Source of the DNA: Selaginella moellendorffii
Lineage: Eukaryota; Plantae; Lycopodiophyta
Direction of reading: 5' to 3'
NCBI RefSeq assembly: GCF_000143415.4
Contig: NW_003314351.1
Span: forward strand, 121,490 to 185,489
Length of the DNA stretch: 64,000 nt
The number at the start of each line of letters is the position of its first letter. Position 1 is the first letter of the stretch. Positions 49,087 to 61,892 of this stretch are shown in pieces. The position numbers and the translations under genes were made by a program. Below the pieces are notes generated by a model. The model had not been told where the DNA came from. It ran no database searches and saw only the letters and a program-made list of their open reading frames with translations.

Positions 49087-49899
49087 TGGCACGCTCTCAA
49101 GAACCCTAAATTATATAAATTTATAGGCTAAAGAACCCTAAAATACTCTATTTTTAGAAACTCATCCATACTCTCTTGATTTGATTCCTTTGCTTTCTTT
49201 TCAGGATACAGTCCAAGCTGTAAGATGCCGGGTTTTCCTTCATTCTCACATCCCTTCTAGCATCTCCTCGTAGAATCTCAGGAGCAAGGTCCAAGAAGTA
49301 ATGTATGATTGCCAAGATCGTCCTCGTGGCTGAGAGGTTCTCAAGCTCACTGTCAAGACCAGATCTGCGACCAGGCGAGTGGATGATCGCCTCGAGGTGA
49401 AACACGTTCCATATAGTCTTGTAATCGTTTTATTAGTGTTGCGAGGGTTTCGACCACACAAACCGACTCGCTGATCTCTATCGAAAAACGAACACGACAA
49501 TACAATCCACCTACACTGCCATGCCCGTTTCAGGAGTGCGCTGCAAGCTCTACGATGCCATAGCCTGCAGAGCAATGCAGCTTGTTTCAATCAATCAGGT
49601 CGTTGATCTGCTTTGCTTTCTTCATCTTGACGAATATTGGTACACCTTTTACACCATAAAGACGACGGCCCGTATGTTTTTTTTTTTGCAAATACGGATG
49701 TGAAAGTCATGAACCAGCTCGGTTGTGCTTGTCGTGAGACCTTGGTTTGCTTGAAGCAACCATTGATCAGATCAAGGACCGCTTTTTTCAGGGCTGTTTC
49801 GGTGCCACAGGTGAAGCGCCGGGTGAGTGCATAGCTAAACGTTTTACTAGGAAATATTACTATAATTGGTGGACATCACCCAAGATCACACGCTAGAAT

Positions 49900-51860
49900 T
49901 CAATTAAGAATACAAGCATAAGAATAAACAGATGAAAATGAGGTGCTTAGGTGCAAATTATGGTTGTCTTATATATATATATATCTCAAGACTCATAACA
50001 ACTTTTCCAAGAAGAGGGGCATGCTTGACAAAATGCATAGTATATTTGATGACATTTTATTTTGGTTTTCTATGTTTTTTAAAATTTATGTTTTTATTTA
50101 ATTTTTTATTAATTAGAAATAAATTGTGCAGGTAGCAATGCTTGGTTTTCTTAATAGTAGTTTTATTATTACTTATTAATCCAATTGATCAAATAAAGTT
50201 TATAATTACAAGCATGTTTGTAATTTATAAACATAAGATTAATCTTATTGCATATCAACCATTAGATGATAGAATAAAAAATAATATACTAGAAAGGGTT
50301 TAATAAATTTAATAAATTATAAACATGTTTATAAATTATAAATACAAGATTAATCTAAATGAATAACAACCGTTAGATGATAAAATATTCTAAAATATCC
50401 AAGCATATTTTAGGTATATTCACTACCATCCCAGTCCCTACAGGTTTAAGCAAACCAAAAACTTGAAGAGCATGGATTGAAGAATATCCTTGATTATTGT
50501 AGGTATATCCTTTAGAGTTTTCTAAAGAAAATAAAATATATCCTCTGTTTTCAAATCTAAATTTTCTTAATTTTTTTACTATTATTTTATTTTTATTTTA
50601 TTTCAGGTCATATCAAATATAAAAGAGAAAACACAGAAACCATAGTCAATTGCTGCAAAGCAATATAATTTGTAGTACACTCCAAATATGATGAGTATAA
50701 CTTAATATGTTGAGTTTTAGACCAATATCAATTCAGTATAAATCTTACCATTTTAGTAACTTTAAAAAGATAAAAATATCGAAAACAGTTTTTATCTCTA
50801 AGCATATTCTAGAATATTTTTAAATCTAACAATTTTGTCACTATATAATCTTGCATCAGCAATGACAAAGTGGCTGGATTTTTTATGCTCCCAACCTCTT
50901 CCATCACACCATGCAGTAGCAATCATTCTCATGAGCTGAGACAATAGTGGAATCCATACTAGAGGCTGCTCACCTTGGAGACCTGATGGTATGCACCAGG
51001 GCTAGCACCCTATCTATCAATCTACAAGTTTTTCTTCCTGTTCTTTTATATCTTTTTTGTTGAAAGGAGGAAGGCACCATTAAACAGAGTGTTGGATAAG
51101 ATACAAGCTGTGTCTGTGAAGGTATCTAGGGGTCTTACTCCATGAGGACTCTTGGAGTCACACAAAGAGCTAACATATCCCCTCAAAAAAATCCGAGAGA
51201 CAAGAGTTCATGGAGTGTCAAAGTGAAGGAGGAGAACAATCCAGGTGAAAAGGAAATCAGAGGAGTAACAATCTTATAAGTTACATTATACGTTTTGATT
51301 TTCTTTTCTGCTTTTTTAATTTGTTTTTGTCTTCAAACGAGCTAAGAAAATGAGATAAAGTCCTGGAAGCTCCAAGGAACATTAAGAAACAGATTTAAAC
51401 TGTTAAAACGATTATCTTATATACTTTTATAATTTTAACTTCAATTTGTATCATTCTCTCACTTTAAAATCAAAATTTTTTTGAGCTACATCTTCAAATT
51501 CATAAGGAACATTTTGCAAATTCTCCATAAGAATAACTTGATAGTTAAGTTGACCTCAATTTTACTGAATAAAAAGGATGAAAATGATGTTAGAGGATAC
51601 TTAGAAATCATTTAGCTTGCCAAAAGATTGATAGAGTAACTTGAAATGTAGATCAAATTGTTATATTCATTTACAGAATAAATATAATAAACCAATGCAA
51701 CAGCGCAGCAAATTCTTTATAAAAGATTTAAATCATTACCTTAGGAAGTTTGTAATTACAGTACAATTCATAAAATATAAACCAACATTTTTAGTTTCTC
51801 GTGATACGCATACAATTTACTCACTCGTGCACAATAAAAGTGAAGACGGAGAACAAACCA
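49900..51860. mobile_element. AT-rich insertion between the tandem helicase-like genes, probably a non-autonomous TE
   Basis: Sharp drop in GC, no ORFs, and it shares the 36.4 kb dispersed repeat. Confidence 0.45.
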
Positions 51861-52127
51861 AAATCTCACAGAAAAAGGCTTGTTAATCATCACTGTGCTA
51901 AACGCTAAGCCATCGCGTAGCAAATCACGATTGCAGCGTTCTCCCCCAAATTGGAGCACAATCCAGGCAGTGAATTCAGTGTGTGAGATGGATGGATCGG
52001 GGAAGAGCTGCTCCCGGCGCCATTTTAAATTTGATTTTAAGTTTTGTGTGAGAAATCAGGAAGGTTCTTTTAGACGTAGAAGTTCTATACAAGCTTAAGC
52101 GAAAAAAGGAGAAGCTCGTTGTTGCGA

Positions 52128-53906
52128 TTAACACCCGGCTTGCTGCTGCATCCTCACACACTGGATGACGATATTCTTGCAGAGATCACGTTGAATGGGA
52201 GGCAGTGGCTCCATGCTCTGGAACGAAGTAGGCAATGCTTGCTGGAGCTCCTCACGGGTGGCGACATTGATCACCAGCCTGAATCGCCTGCCGTGGTTCC
52301 GATCAATCCCGACCCGCTCCAAGTAGTCCTCGTCCGAGGCCGGAAGATCGTAGTTGATCACGTCCTGCCTGCCCCGAACGTACACGTTGGTCACTACGAT
52401 TGACAGCGAGCGCTTGTAAACCTCCTGGAACCAAGTCACAAATGACGTCAAAGTTTGTGATCGACTCATGACTTTACCTGGAGGATGGGATCCCCGGCTG
52501 TGTATATCGCATAAGCGTGGTGCCCGCGCTCCACCATCGCCTTGGCAACCTCGGCCACCGTCTCGGCCGTGTTGCAGAAGACAGAGAACTTGTCTGGTTT
52601 ACCCCTCCGCAGCTGCTCCCACAGGTCGCACACCAAGTCGAGCTTCTTCTTGCCTTCCGCCAGAGCGTAGAAATGGCAAACGTCCAGCGTCACTCCTGGG
52701 GGACTCGGCACATCGGTCTTGCGTGCAAAGCGCCTGTGCACCTCCTCGACAGCGCCAGTCATGTGTGTGACGTGAAGTCCAACACAGCCGCCAAATGAGG
52801 CAATGAACTGCACAGCACAAGTTTATTTCACCATGCAACAAGTTCTTGGAAGAATACCTCGGCCCATTCGGGGTGTGCCTCAAGGATGCTGTCGGCTTCA
52901 ACAACCACTATTCGAGAAGCCGAGACTGGAGGCTCCACGTCTCCCACTTTCTCCACGCGAAGAGTGGAATCCGCTCCTGGCCCGATCTGTAATTCATACA
53001 AGAGATCATCGTAGTAACAGCAACGTGAGAAAGAAAGGAGAGTGGGTACCTTCACAGAGACGCCCATCTCCTGCGCACAACACCCAAGAAGCTGAGTAAG
53101 CGCGAGCAGCCTGTGATGGTCAGGAGCCAGCAGCAGTGGCGCTGCCTCGTTGCTTGCGTGCTTCACGGCATCCCGAACAAAGCAGGGCAGCAAGGCGAGC
53201 ACGCCTGACCAGCCCTGGCACACAACGTTGTCGTGATCAGCAAACATGCGCATGACCTGGGTGGCGACCCCATCCAGCCGTCCGGGGCAAGACCAGGCCT
53301 CTGGAACCAGCAAGATCAGACGAGCGAGAGAAAGCATTGGAAGGAGCGCTCACCAGGCAAAGCAGAAGCCACGAGACGCTGGAAAGTGTCGCTGGCACGA
53401 GCCCGTGGAGCGGGAGCGAACCATTCGTCCTGGCGGAAGTTGAACTCCGGTGTTGGAAGGCTCGCGGTCTCGAAGCGAGTGTGAACCAGCTGCAGCGCGC
53501 CGCTTTGGAAACCAGGATCGTCCTGGTAAGCTACGGCATCGATGAGAATAATAAACGTGCCGCTGGATGGCCAGAAGGCCCAAGCCTCGTCCGGGGTGGC
53601 GACCACGAAGTCGAGACACGGATCCATCCACTCGTGCTCGGGCAAGCTCCCCGCGATCTTGTCATACTGGATGCATGCACGCAAGTCTTTGAGAAGCGAC
53701 GGAACCTGTGAGACAACAAGAAGCACTCTCTAGCTCTTATCAGCAATCCACAAAGCTCAAACCTTGTGCGAAAGCGTGAGCACCAGAGTCTTCATCACAT
53801 AGTGCCGCTCCGCGCTCAGCTTGATAGCCCCGACCAGTGTCTGCATAGAAACCTCGCCATTCCTGTTGGAGAGGGTGAGCTCTGGCGCCACAGCCAGAAA
53901 GCCCAT
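52128..53906 (-). CDS. Divergent eIF4A/DEAD-box-like pseudo-helicase, copy B (tandem paralog)
   Basis: Same exon structure and motifs as copy A, with frames preserved. The duplicated unit is ~47050-49160 versus ~51880-53970. Confidence 0.75.
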
Positions 53907-54047
53907 TTCGCGAGCTCTCAGGAACCCTATAATATAAACTTATAGCGCTAAAGAACCCTAAAATACTTATAGGGCTCCGGTTTTAGGGTACCCACATTTA
54001 GGTTAGCGCGCACGAGAGAGAAGGCGAGGCGCCGGATCGACGACGCG

Positions 54048-55247
54048 ATGTCGGGATACAGCACCATTGGAGGCGATGTCTCGGGCTCCGTGCCGGTAAG
54101 ATTCCGATCCAGCAGTCGCTCTAGATCTGGTTCTTTGGTAGGGTTTTGTGATCCAGAATTTGATGCGCATTTCCGCATTTCGATGTCCCAGGCAGCCGCT
54201 GGAGCAGATCACGTAGCTCTGCAATTCCAAGGTCGGTCCGCTTCGCCGCGCGTGAGATTTCTCGATTTCGAGCTCACACTTGGCTTGCAGACTCGAATTT
54301 ACAGACTTTTCCACCTACAGATGCGCGAGGGAAGCTGACAGGTTCGTCCAAACCGCCTCGTGACGCCGATGGTATAAACTAAAGAATTTTTAGAAGCTCA
54401 GACTTTTTTCTTTCTTTCTTTGCTTCGTCCTTGCGTGGTCTGAGCTTGTTCTTTTTTTCTCTTGTTTTTTTCCAGACACCTTCTCGCGTCCAGCAGAGCC
54501 AGAGCAATTCGGCTGGCATGGCTACTTCAATCTCCTCTCTTACAGACCATACTTCAACGTGGACACCTCGGACGTCGTCCAAAGGGTCGGGGACAGCTTG
54601 GTTCCTTTCAAGGGAGATTTCGTCGAGAAGACGGCCACAAATCCTGATATGTGAGTGAGAGTTTTTTGGTTTCTTCCGGTTTTGGATTCTAGCTTTGTAT
54701 TGCAGGTACGGGCCGTTTTGGATCTGCACGACTTTGATCTTTGTCACGGCAGCTCTGGGGAACTTTGCAGCCTACCTGGCTCACAAGACAAGCTCGGCTG
54801 GTGACACGAACTGGCACTACGACATAAACAAAGTCAGCTGGTCCGCGGGACTCTTCTATGGCTACGTTGGACTTCTCCCGCTCGGCTTGTACTTCGTGCT
54901 CAAGTACCTGGGAGTTGCGACGGGGCTCGTCCAGCTGTGGTGTCTATACGGCTACTCGCTTTTCATTTTCATTCCTACCTCGGTAACGTACATAGTTCAT
55001 TCCTTGCTTTTGCTAATCAGTGCTCAAACTTCTCCAGTTCTTGTCGGTCGTTCCCGTGGAGAAATTCAAGTGGGCCGTGGTAGCAGCCGCGGCTGGACTC
55101 TCGGCGACCTTTTTGGCCTTGAACCTCCGCACGCACATAAAAACGGCAAGCGAGAGATGGTTTCTGATCGTTTGCGGTTGCTTCGTTTTGCAGCTTGGCT
55201 TGGGACTTCTGATGAAGCTGTATTTCTTCACTGTCCAGTTCTCTTAA
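54048..55247 (+). CDS. Yip1-domain Golgi membrane protein (YIPF1/2-like), multi-exon
   Basis: YRPYFNVDTSDVVQRV, NPD(M)YGPFWICTTLIF and WCLYGYSLFIFIP; short GT-AG introns. Confidence 0.93.
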
Positions 55248-56032
55248 CTCCTCTGTAAGGGAAATATTCACTGTAGCAACGGAGATACGTTTTCTTTTTT
55301 CGCACACGGCAGTCTTTTACTCTCCAGTCGGCGTGGTACTGCCACGAGCTTGCATGCCGGGCGAGGCAGTAATATAAAAAGCAAGGTATGGTTCTCTAGT
55401 TACTCTGTGGCCTTTCCTTCTCAGCTCCTTTTCTCGTGGACAGGCAGCAGCAATGCAAGGAAGGACGCGTAGCGCGATTAAAAATGCTGAGTGCTATAAT
55501 CTTCGCGGCCGTAGCATGCTCCAGATAAGTATTAAGTCCCATTCTTTTCTTTTCATCTGTTTTTCTTTTTTTTCATTCCTTTGTCTGCTGTTGCATCTGG
55601 CCAGAATTTGTGTTCTTTCCTTTTGGCTTGGCTCTTTCTGGCTTGAGTCCAATGCGCTCTTGTTGTTTAGTTTCAATAATTCGCGCATCGCAGGGGCAGT
55701 AATGCTTGTGGTCGGAATTATTGTGTTGAGATATCATGTTTCATGATGGATTGTTATTGGCTTTGTCTGTTGGAGATTTCATCCGGGAAGAAAAAACAAA
55801 AAAACAGGAGCTTCACGTTTCATGGTTTCGTAATCTCTTGTAGACGTTTTGCTGGACCCTCATCTTTTCTACTTAAGTTCGGTCCAAACGTACGTATCCT
55901 AGTGATCGATTACGTATGCATGTACAAAACTGTCTGCCAACTTCAGCTTTCCTTCATATGGATCACAGGATTATAGTTTGTATCTTTTCATCGTTTTCCT
56001 TTTTCATTCTTTTTGGTTGTTTGCTCTGTTTT

Positions 56033-56076
56033 GTTGCTGCTGCCGCTGCTGCCGCTGCTGCTGCTGCTGCTGCTGC
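56033..56076. repeat. (GCT/GCC)n microsatellite
   Basis: Run of gct/gcc trinucleotides in non-coding sequence. Confidence 0.9.
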
Positions 56077-57507
56077 ATCTGGATGTGTTGTTGTTTCCTT
56101 CCGCTTGGATTGGAGTCCGTTGCTTGGTTGCCGTTGTTTTTATTTCCTTGTCTCGGATGGCTACAATAATTCGAACACACTCAATAATGCAGAATCATTG
56201 TGTAAGTTCATGTCTAAAGTTTGGTTGATGAATAGGCGATTTCTTTTTGCGATCTACTTTTTTAAGATAATCTAGACAAAGTTCCACGCTCGCTCGCTCG
56301 CCCCGCCTTTTTTCTCGAGATGGGGCGAAAGTTGTATAGAGATGGGAGGATGGATGTTTGCTCCTGGCTCGCTGGCTGGCTGCGTGACATAGGAATCAAC
56401 ACCACCTTTGTCCGAGAGCCTGGCACGACGAGACGAGAGGAGGGAGAGAGAGAAACGGGAGGAGAGAAAAAAGAGGAGAAACTTTCGCTTCTTCGAGACA
56501 TCATAATCTGGAGCCACGCACGAAAGGTGAGCAAAGCCAGCCAGCGAGCGAGATCAAAACAGGAAATCAAAAGCTCCAGGCTGAGGAAAAAAAAAAAAAA
56601 ACAAACAAACTTTTCCAGCAAAGTTGCAGAGGAAAAAAAAAAAAAGAAATCCTTCCATCCATCCATCATTCATTGGCGCCATCAATTTGGCCTCTCAGAC
56701 AGACACACTGTATGTGTGTGTCGCGACTACGAGAAAGCTAATGACGAACAAACCAACACTCATAACTAGCGACAAAGAGGAAGAACAAGAAAAAAAAAAT
56801 ACATATGAGAGCCTCCACTCCACACAGAGAGAAACGGCCATGAGTAATTATTCTATCCATCTCCTTCCAATCTATCAATCAATCTCTCTCTCTCTCTGCT
56901 TTTTCTCTCTCGACTCGTCACTCGACTATCGACTCACTCGATCTATAATATCTATCTAGACTTTCAGTTTCGTTGCTGCAATCAAAACGTAGCCTGTCCT
57001 GTCCGACTGTTGCGAAATGCATGCACAGCAAACAAACAACCAGAAACCAACGAGGACAATGCGACGGACGAGGCGGAGAGAAATCGAATCGAGGCAAGAG
57101 CAAGGACTTTAAACTTAAGCGATAACTTACGGACGAACAACAAGAAAAAACCAATCAATCTTAACAACAAGAGCCGCAGGACAAGAGGATCCGAGCTAAA
57201 AAAAAAAAAAGTAAGAAAAAACATACCCGTCAACATTAGAGGGAGAGATCCGTGCGTTGGTTGCTCTAATCCTCTCGTCCGTTCTTCCTTCTCGGGTTCT
57301 TCTAAGCATACGAGCGATGCGAGCGGAAGAGAGACCAGTCCTTTCGATCCCGATCCCCCACAACCACCACTCCATATAATAAATCTCCAATTCTCCTATA
57401 AAGGTACGTACTTCGTAGTAAAAATCTCGTGCTTTCCCAGCCGCCACCACCTGAAAATTCGCAAAACTATCAAACCAAAGCAGCAGTACTTTCTCGTCTC
57501 TCACCTC

Positions 57508-59040
57508 TCAAACCGAGACGTCCAGCCGGGGTTGGAAGCAGAATCCCGTGAAGAGATGCAACGGGTCGCGCTTGAGCACCGGACAGGCTCTCGCCCACGT
57601 CCACGATCCTTGCGGGATATCGAAAACCATGAGCTGGGGGCTGCCGTAGCTGTGAATGTAGATCAAGTCACCGTGGCCGCTACACGAGAAAACGTCGTCC
57701 AGGCCACCCGCAAATCCATGGAACTGCTTGGTCGGCATCCTGCTAATCTGCTTCCACTCCCCCTGGAGCTCCCACACCCCGACCCCCTTGATGAAGTCAT
57801 ACGTCCCAATGCCGCCAACCATCACCAGCCTCTCCCAGCAGTTCACCAACCGGACGCACGAAAGCGAGCACGGCATCGGGAGTATCAAGTCCTGGAACGC
57901 CCCGTGACTGATGTCGTAGGCAATCAGTCCATGCCGCGAGTAATCATGCCCGGCACCAACAGTCGAGTGCGTGACGCAGTAGAAAACCCCGTTGCATATG
58001 TTGCTCTCCTCCCCAGGCCTCCAGCCTTGCAAGAGCTTGAACCTCGGGCTCCTCCACGCCGCTAGGCCGGAATCATACACCTCGATAGACAAGCTCCACT
58101 GTGCGTAGTCGTTCGTCACTGGCGTGGACCTGGCCACCACGATCTTGTAGTCCTCGCCTTGCACGCACATCGCCACCGCGCAGTAGTCGGAGCTCAGCCT
58201 CTCCGGCGGCCGCGGGAGCTGCCGCCAGGCCTTGGTCATCGGGTTGCAAACGTAGGCCACCTCCGAGTTGGTCTTGTCGAGAAAGCACGCCAGGCCGCCG
58301 GCCGAGGCCACGAAGCTTGCCGAGGGGTCGTCGAGCGGCGGGAGGACGAAGTTGTGCCACTTCCGGGACGTCGGGTCGAATGCCACCCCGACCATCTTCT
58401 CCGAGTCCTTGTACATGAGATACCACGGCTTGTGAGTCGTGACTTGCGCGCACAGCGCCATGAAGGACTTGGAGGTGGTGATGCCATGCCACCGCTTGCA
58501 AACAGCCCGGGCTCGGAACAGGCTCAGCAGAGGCAATGCCGCGAAGATCTTCTCGAGCAGATCGTCCGGGAGGGAGCTAAACTCGTCGTCCGAGGACGGC
58601 GAAGCGGTAGCCGAAGTCGCAGTCGCGGACGAAGCAGCAGCAGTAGCAGTCATCCCATCGCTCTTCCAGCCGCTGCCGCCAAAACTACGCGATTCCGGGG
58701 CCAGCTGAAGGCTCGGAAAAGCGTGAGTCATGGTCATCACCGGTACTCTGTCTGGAGCAGCGGCTTCGCTCCACCCACATTTGCCGCTGCCGTGAGCCAG
58801 CATCACAGCCCAGTTGCTACCGTCCTTGTCCCAAAAGCATTGCTCCTGTTCTTCGATGTGTACTGGGCTGCCCCATCCAATCCCCCCGTGCTCGACCAGA
58901 CCATAGGCACCGATTTGCGGCACACCAACATCGTGGTGGCACCAGTAGCCTTGATCGCTGCCACCATAGTGCTCCTTTCCAAACCATCCAGTGGCAGTGG
59001 CGAATACACTTCCACCTATCCATCCCCACTGCCCATCCAT
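57508..59040 (-). CDS. HWS: F-box/kelch protein, HAWAIIAN SKIRT-like (510 aa, intronless CDS)
   Basis: F-box LPDDLLEKIFAALP...RAVCKRW. The C-terminus RMP.K.F.GF...DDVF..SG..DLIYI.SYGSP.L..FD...CPV.K..PL.LFTGFCF.PRL is characteristic of HWS. Confidence 0.9.
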   Translation of the reverse strand: MDGQWGWIGGSVFATATGWFGKEHYGGSDQGYWCHHDVGVPQIGAYGLVEHGGIGWGSPVHIEEQEQCFWDKDGSNWAVMLAHGSGKCGWSEAAAPDRVPVMTMTHAFPSLQLAPESRSFGGSGWKSDGMTATAAASSATATSATASPSSDDEFSSLPDDLLEKIFAALPLLSLFRARAVCKRWHGITTSKSFMALCAQVTTHKPWYLMYKDSEKMVGVAFDPTSRKWHNFVLPPLDDPSASFVASAGGLACFLDKTNSEVAYVCNPMTKAWRQLPRPPERLSSDYCAVAMCVQGEDYKIVVARSTPVTNDYAQWSLSIEVYDSGLAAWRSPRFKLLQGWRPGEESNICNGVFYCVTHSTVGAGHDYSRHGLIAYDISHGAFQDLILPMPCSLSCVRLVNCWERLVMVGGIGTYDFIKGVGVWELQGEWKQISRMPTKQFHGFAGGLDDVFSCSGHGDLIYIHSYGSPQLMVFDIPQGSWTWARACPVLKRDPLHLFTGFCFQPRLDVSV

Positions 59041-61892
59041 TTTATCCTGCCTGATCTCCTTTTTTTTTTTTACCTCTCCCTTCTGGAGGTACCTTTGTTT
59101 GCGTTCTCGAGATCAACGAAGAATGAATCTAGAATCGTCCGCCCGGGATCGATCGATCGAGCAATCTGGAAAGAAAGAAAGCAAACAAATGAAAATTTTA
59201 CTTTTGCGGTGACGCTACCTATCCCCCTATAAATTCGAAGCGAAAAAAGGGGATGAAAGGACGACCGAGGAAGAGATGCCATACCTCTGCGCAAATCGAT
59301 AATGCACGACCATGGAAGAACAGCAGCCGCAGCAGAGAGGATTATTCCAGCCGACTCTTCAATCTCGGCCCCTTTCTCTGCTTGCTCGGCATCAGATCGA
59401 GGGAGAAAAGAGGGCATCTATCAAGCGGCGGCACGATTCCAGATTGCCGATTCCATACCATCCCCGGCGTCTGGAAGGAAAACAGCACTTCTCAGCGTCC
59501 AGCTCAAAAACATCGCGATTCTTGGCAAGAAATGTAGGATCGCGATCCAGCGCTCGGGAAATCGATGCTTCCGCTCGAAATATCGCGATTCCAGCTCGAA
59601 GTATCTCGATTTCTCGGCAAGAAATGCAGGATCGCGATCCAGGAGGGGCGATTCACCGAAGCAAGGCAAAGATTCTCACCTCCCCTCTCACGGAGCGCCA
59701 GGCGCCGGCCCGACGATTCCTATGCCGATGAAGCGAGCGGAGAGGGCGAAGCAGGGCCGTCGATCCGTCCAGATCAGCGGTCGAGCGCCGCCCCGTTTGG
59801 CCATATCTAGCACCACACTCTAAATGAGAATAGAGGGAGAGACCCTAGCAAATGGTGGGTACGCACGTTAAATACTTGGGCCTGGCCACTTCTCGTACGA
59901 AAATTGTGACCACTCCACGTGGTCCCTGCGCAACCACCATGCAGACAAGCGTACGGCCTCTCCCCGTCGCGCCGCCGTTTGAGGTTGGGAAACCACCGGT
60001 ACGGCATTGCGGCTCATAGGTTGCGGTAAAACGGGGCAAAACCCTTTTTTAATTACCTCTGGGTAAAAACAAAATTGACTGGTGAGGGTGACGCGGATCG
60101 AACGGCGACACGATTTGCATCGTACGGCTGGCATTCAATGCGGCGCGAGATATTCCCTTGTTTGGGCGCAAGTTTAAAGGAGGGTTGTTTTCTGGGCGGA
60201 CATCGTTGTCGCATTGGATAGTTTTTGTAAATATTTTCCATTTTTCAATTTTAGTATTTTGCGAACGTACGCTATTTGCACATTTTTTTATGATTTTTTT
60301 ATTTTTATATGGTTTTGGTTCTTGTTTTGTTTTTGTGCGCCCCTTGCTGGAATGTTTCTGCCTGTTGTTGTTGTGGGTCTCTCCTAGATTCATGTGTTAA
60401 CTTTGTGTCGTGCCCTAAAAACGTATAGCGCTTTTGGTCAGCCTCAATCAGCCCCTCCAAAGTCACAGTCGACAGCCATTGTTTAGGGAAAAGCTGGATG
60501 CCTCCTTTGCACTAACTTGGTGAATTGCACAAAGTGGTCCCATGCGAGAGTGCAATGCTTGAGCGGCAAGCCTACAAATCGACATTCTAGATTCTCCTCT
60601 GATTAAAACTAGACATTAGTTTTATATGGATTATTTTAGATAATGCCGGGATGGGTTTTGCGGTCCGAACGTGTAAGCGATAGCAGCAACATCACAAATC
60701 CTTTGATAAGCTAATGTATGTGTTTTCTTTCAATCACTAAGCCTAAAAGTCAAGAACTGACAACAATAGAACCCCGCCACCTTTTGGAAAAGCAGTATAT
60801 TTCTACGCATAGCTTTGACAAACCGCACATGCGAGTTTTCTTTAATAGTCGCTTAAGGTTGCTGTTGGGCGATGTTGCTGTTGCTTGTTGTTACTTCCTT
60901 GGAACCCTATCCATCGAAAGAGATGTAAAGTAAAGCAAACGAGTCCACTTTTGAGTTGTATCATAACCTAAAGTGTCCTGGAATCGAATAATGCTGTCGA
61001 GTTAACAAACCCAAACAAGCCACAACCAAACAACACATTTATTTATTCCTTTCAAACGCGGGCAGAAATCCTTTTTGGGTGGCCATTTGCATTCGTCTGC
61101 ATGTGGGCTCTCGAGGAATATAAATATTCTAATCGCATCTCGGTCGGCATGCAAAGATTGATGTCGGGAGCTGCTCCTTCGCATGGGGTGGCGGAAAATG
61201 AAATATTTAGGGCTCCCCGCTTTCCCCCCTTAGTATATGCCGCCTTAAAGCCGCCCGAAATACACGTCGCTGTCAACGTGGCGGCACGCCATTGCTCCCG
61301 AGCCTAGCACGCGCGCTGTGGTACCGCTGCCGTGCAGTCTCTCGTGTAAATTTGTGACCGCTACCATAGTGCGCTGGTGTGTGAAATGGGCCGCTGAAAA
61401 AAATGCTAAATTTTGGGACCGCGCGTGTTGGTACGGAAGACATGGAGGCGGCCGTAGGCTCACGGGGAAGGTCATGGCGTCCTTTTCCATGGTTGGCATG
61501 CGCGCGCGCGCGCATCGGTCGGCGGTTCGAACCAGCCCTAGCCGTTGGAGAATCAGGACAGGATATTCGTCGCAACTGCCGGTTCGTCTTCAGCTGACAA
61601 GAGTTCGTTGTCTGACACGTGGCAAGGAAATTATTTCGCGAAATATGATAATGTTTTGGCTACACGTGCACCAAATCCTTGTTAGATTCTTCCATGTCTT
61701 AAAATTTTTTGTGTACGGCTGGCCCATGGCTTGATTCGCGGTTTGGGAAATGCCAAACCATATGTTCGTACCTACTTTTCAGCAACTATAGAATCCAAGG
61801 TAGTTATTTTTCACCGTTGCCCTAGAATTTGAATTTGAAAACGATCGAGAGCTCGATTCCGGGGTGGAGCGGCTAGGGCACAATCAGATCAG

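Noticed and set aside
49154-49834. Short ORFs between the helicase-like paralogs
   Set aside because: May be a gene remnant, but no consistent spliced frame or domain was found.
55916-56275. Poly-Ala/poly-Cys/poly-Leu ORFs
   Set aside because: Artefacts of a GCT microsatellite in T-rich non-coding DNA.
56365-56552. 15-bp inverted repeat (gctcgctggctggct) as a miRNA hairpin
   Set aside because: Low-complexity, the stem is too short for its ~150-nt loop, and it matches no conserved miRNA I recognise.
57010-59232. 351-aa and 357-aa plus-strand ORFs
   Set aside because: Antisense shadows of the HWS-like gene and its low-complexity UTR, with no recognisable domain.
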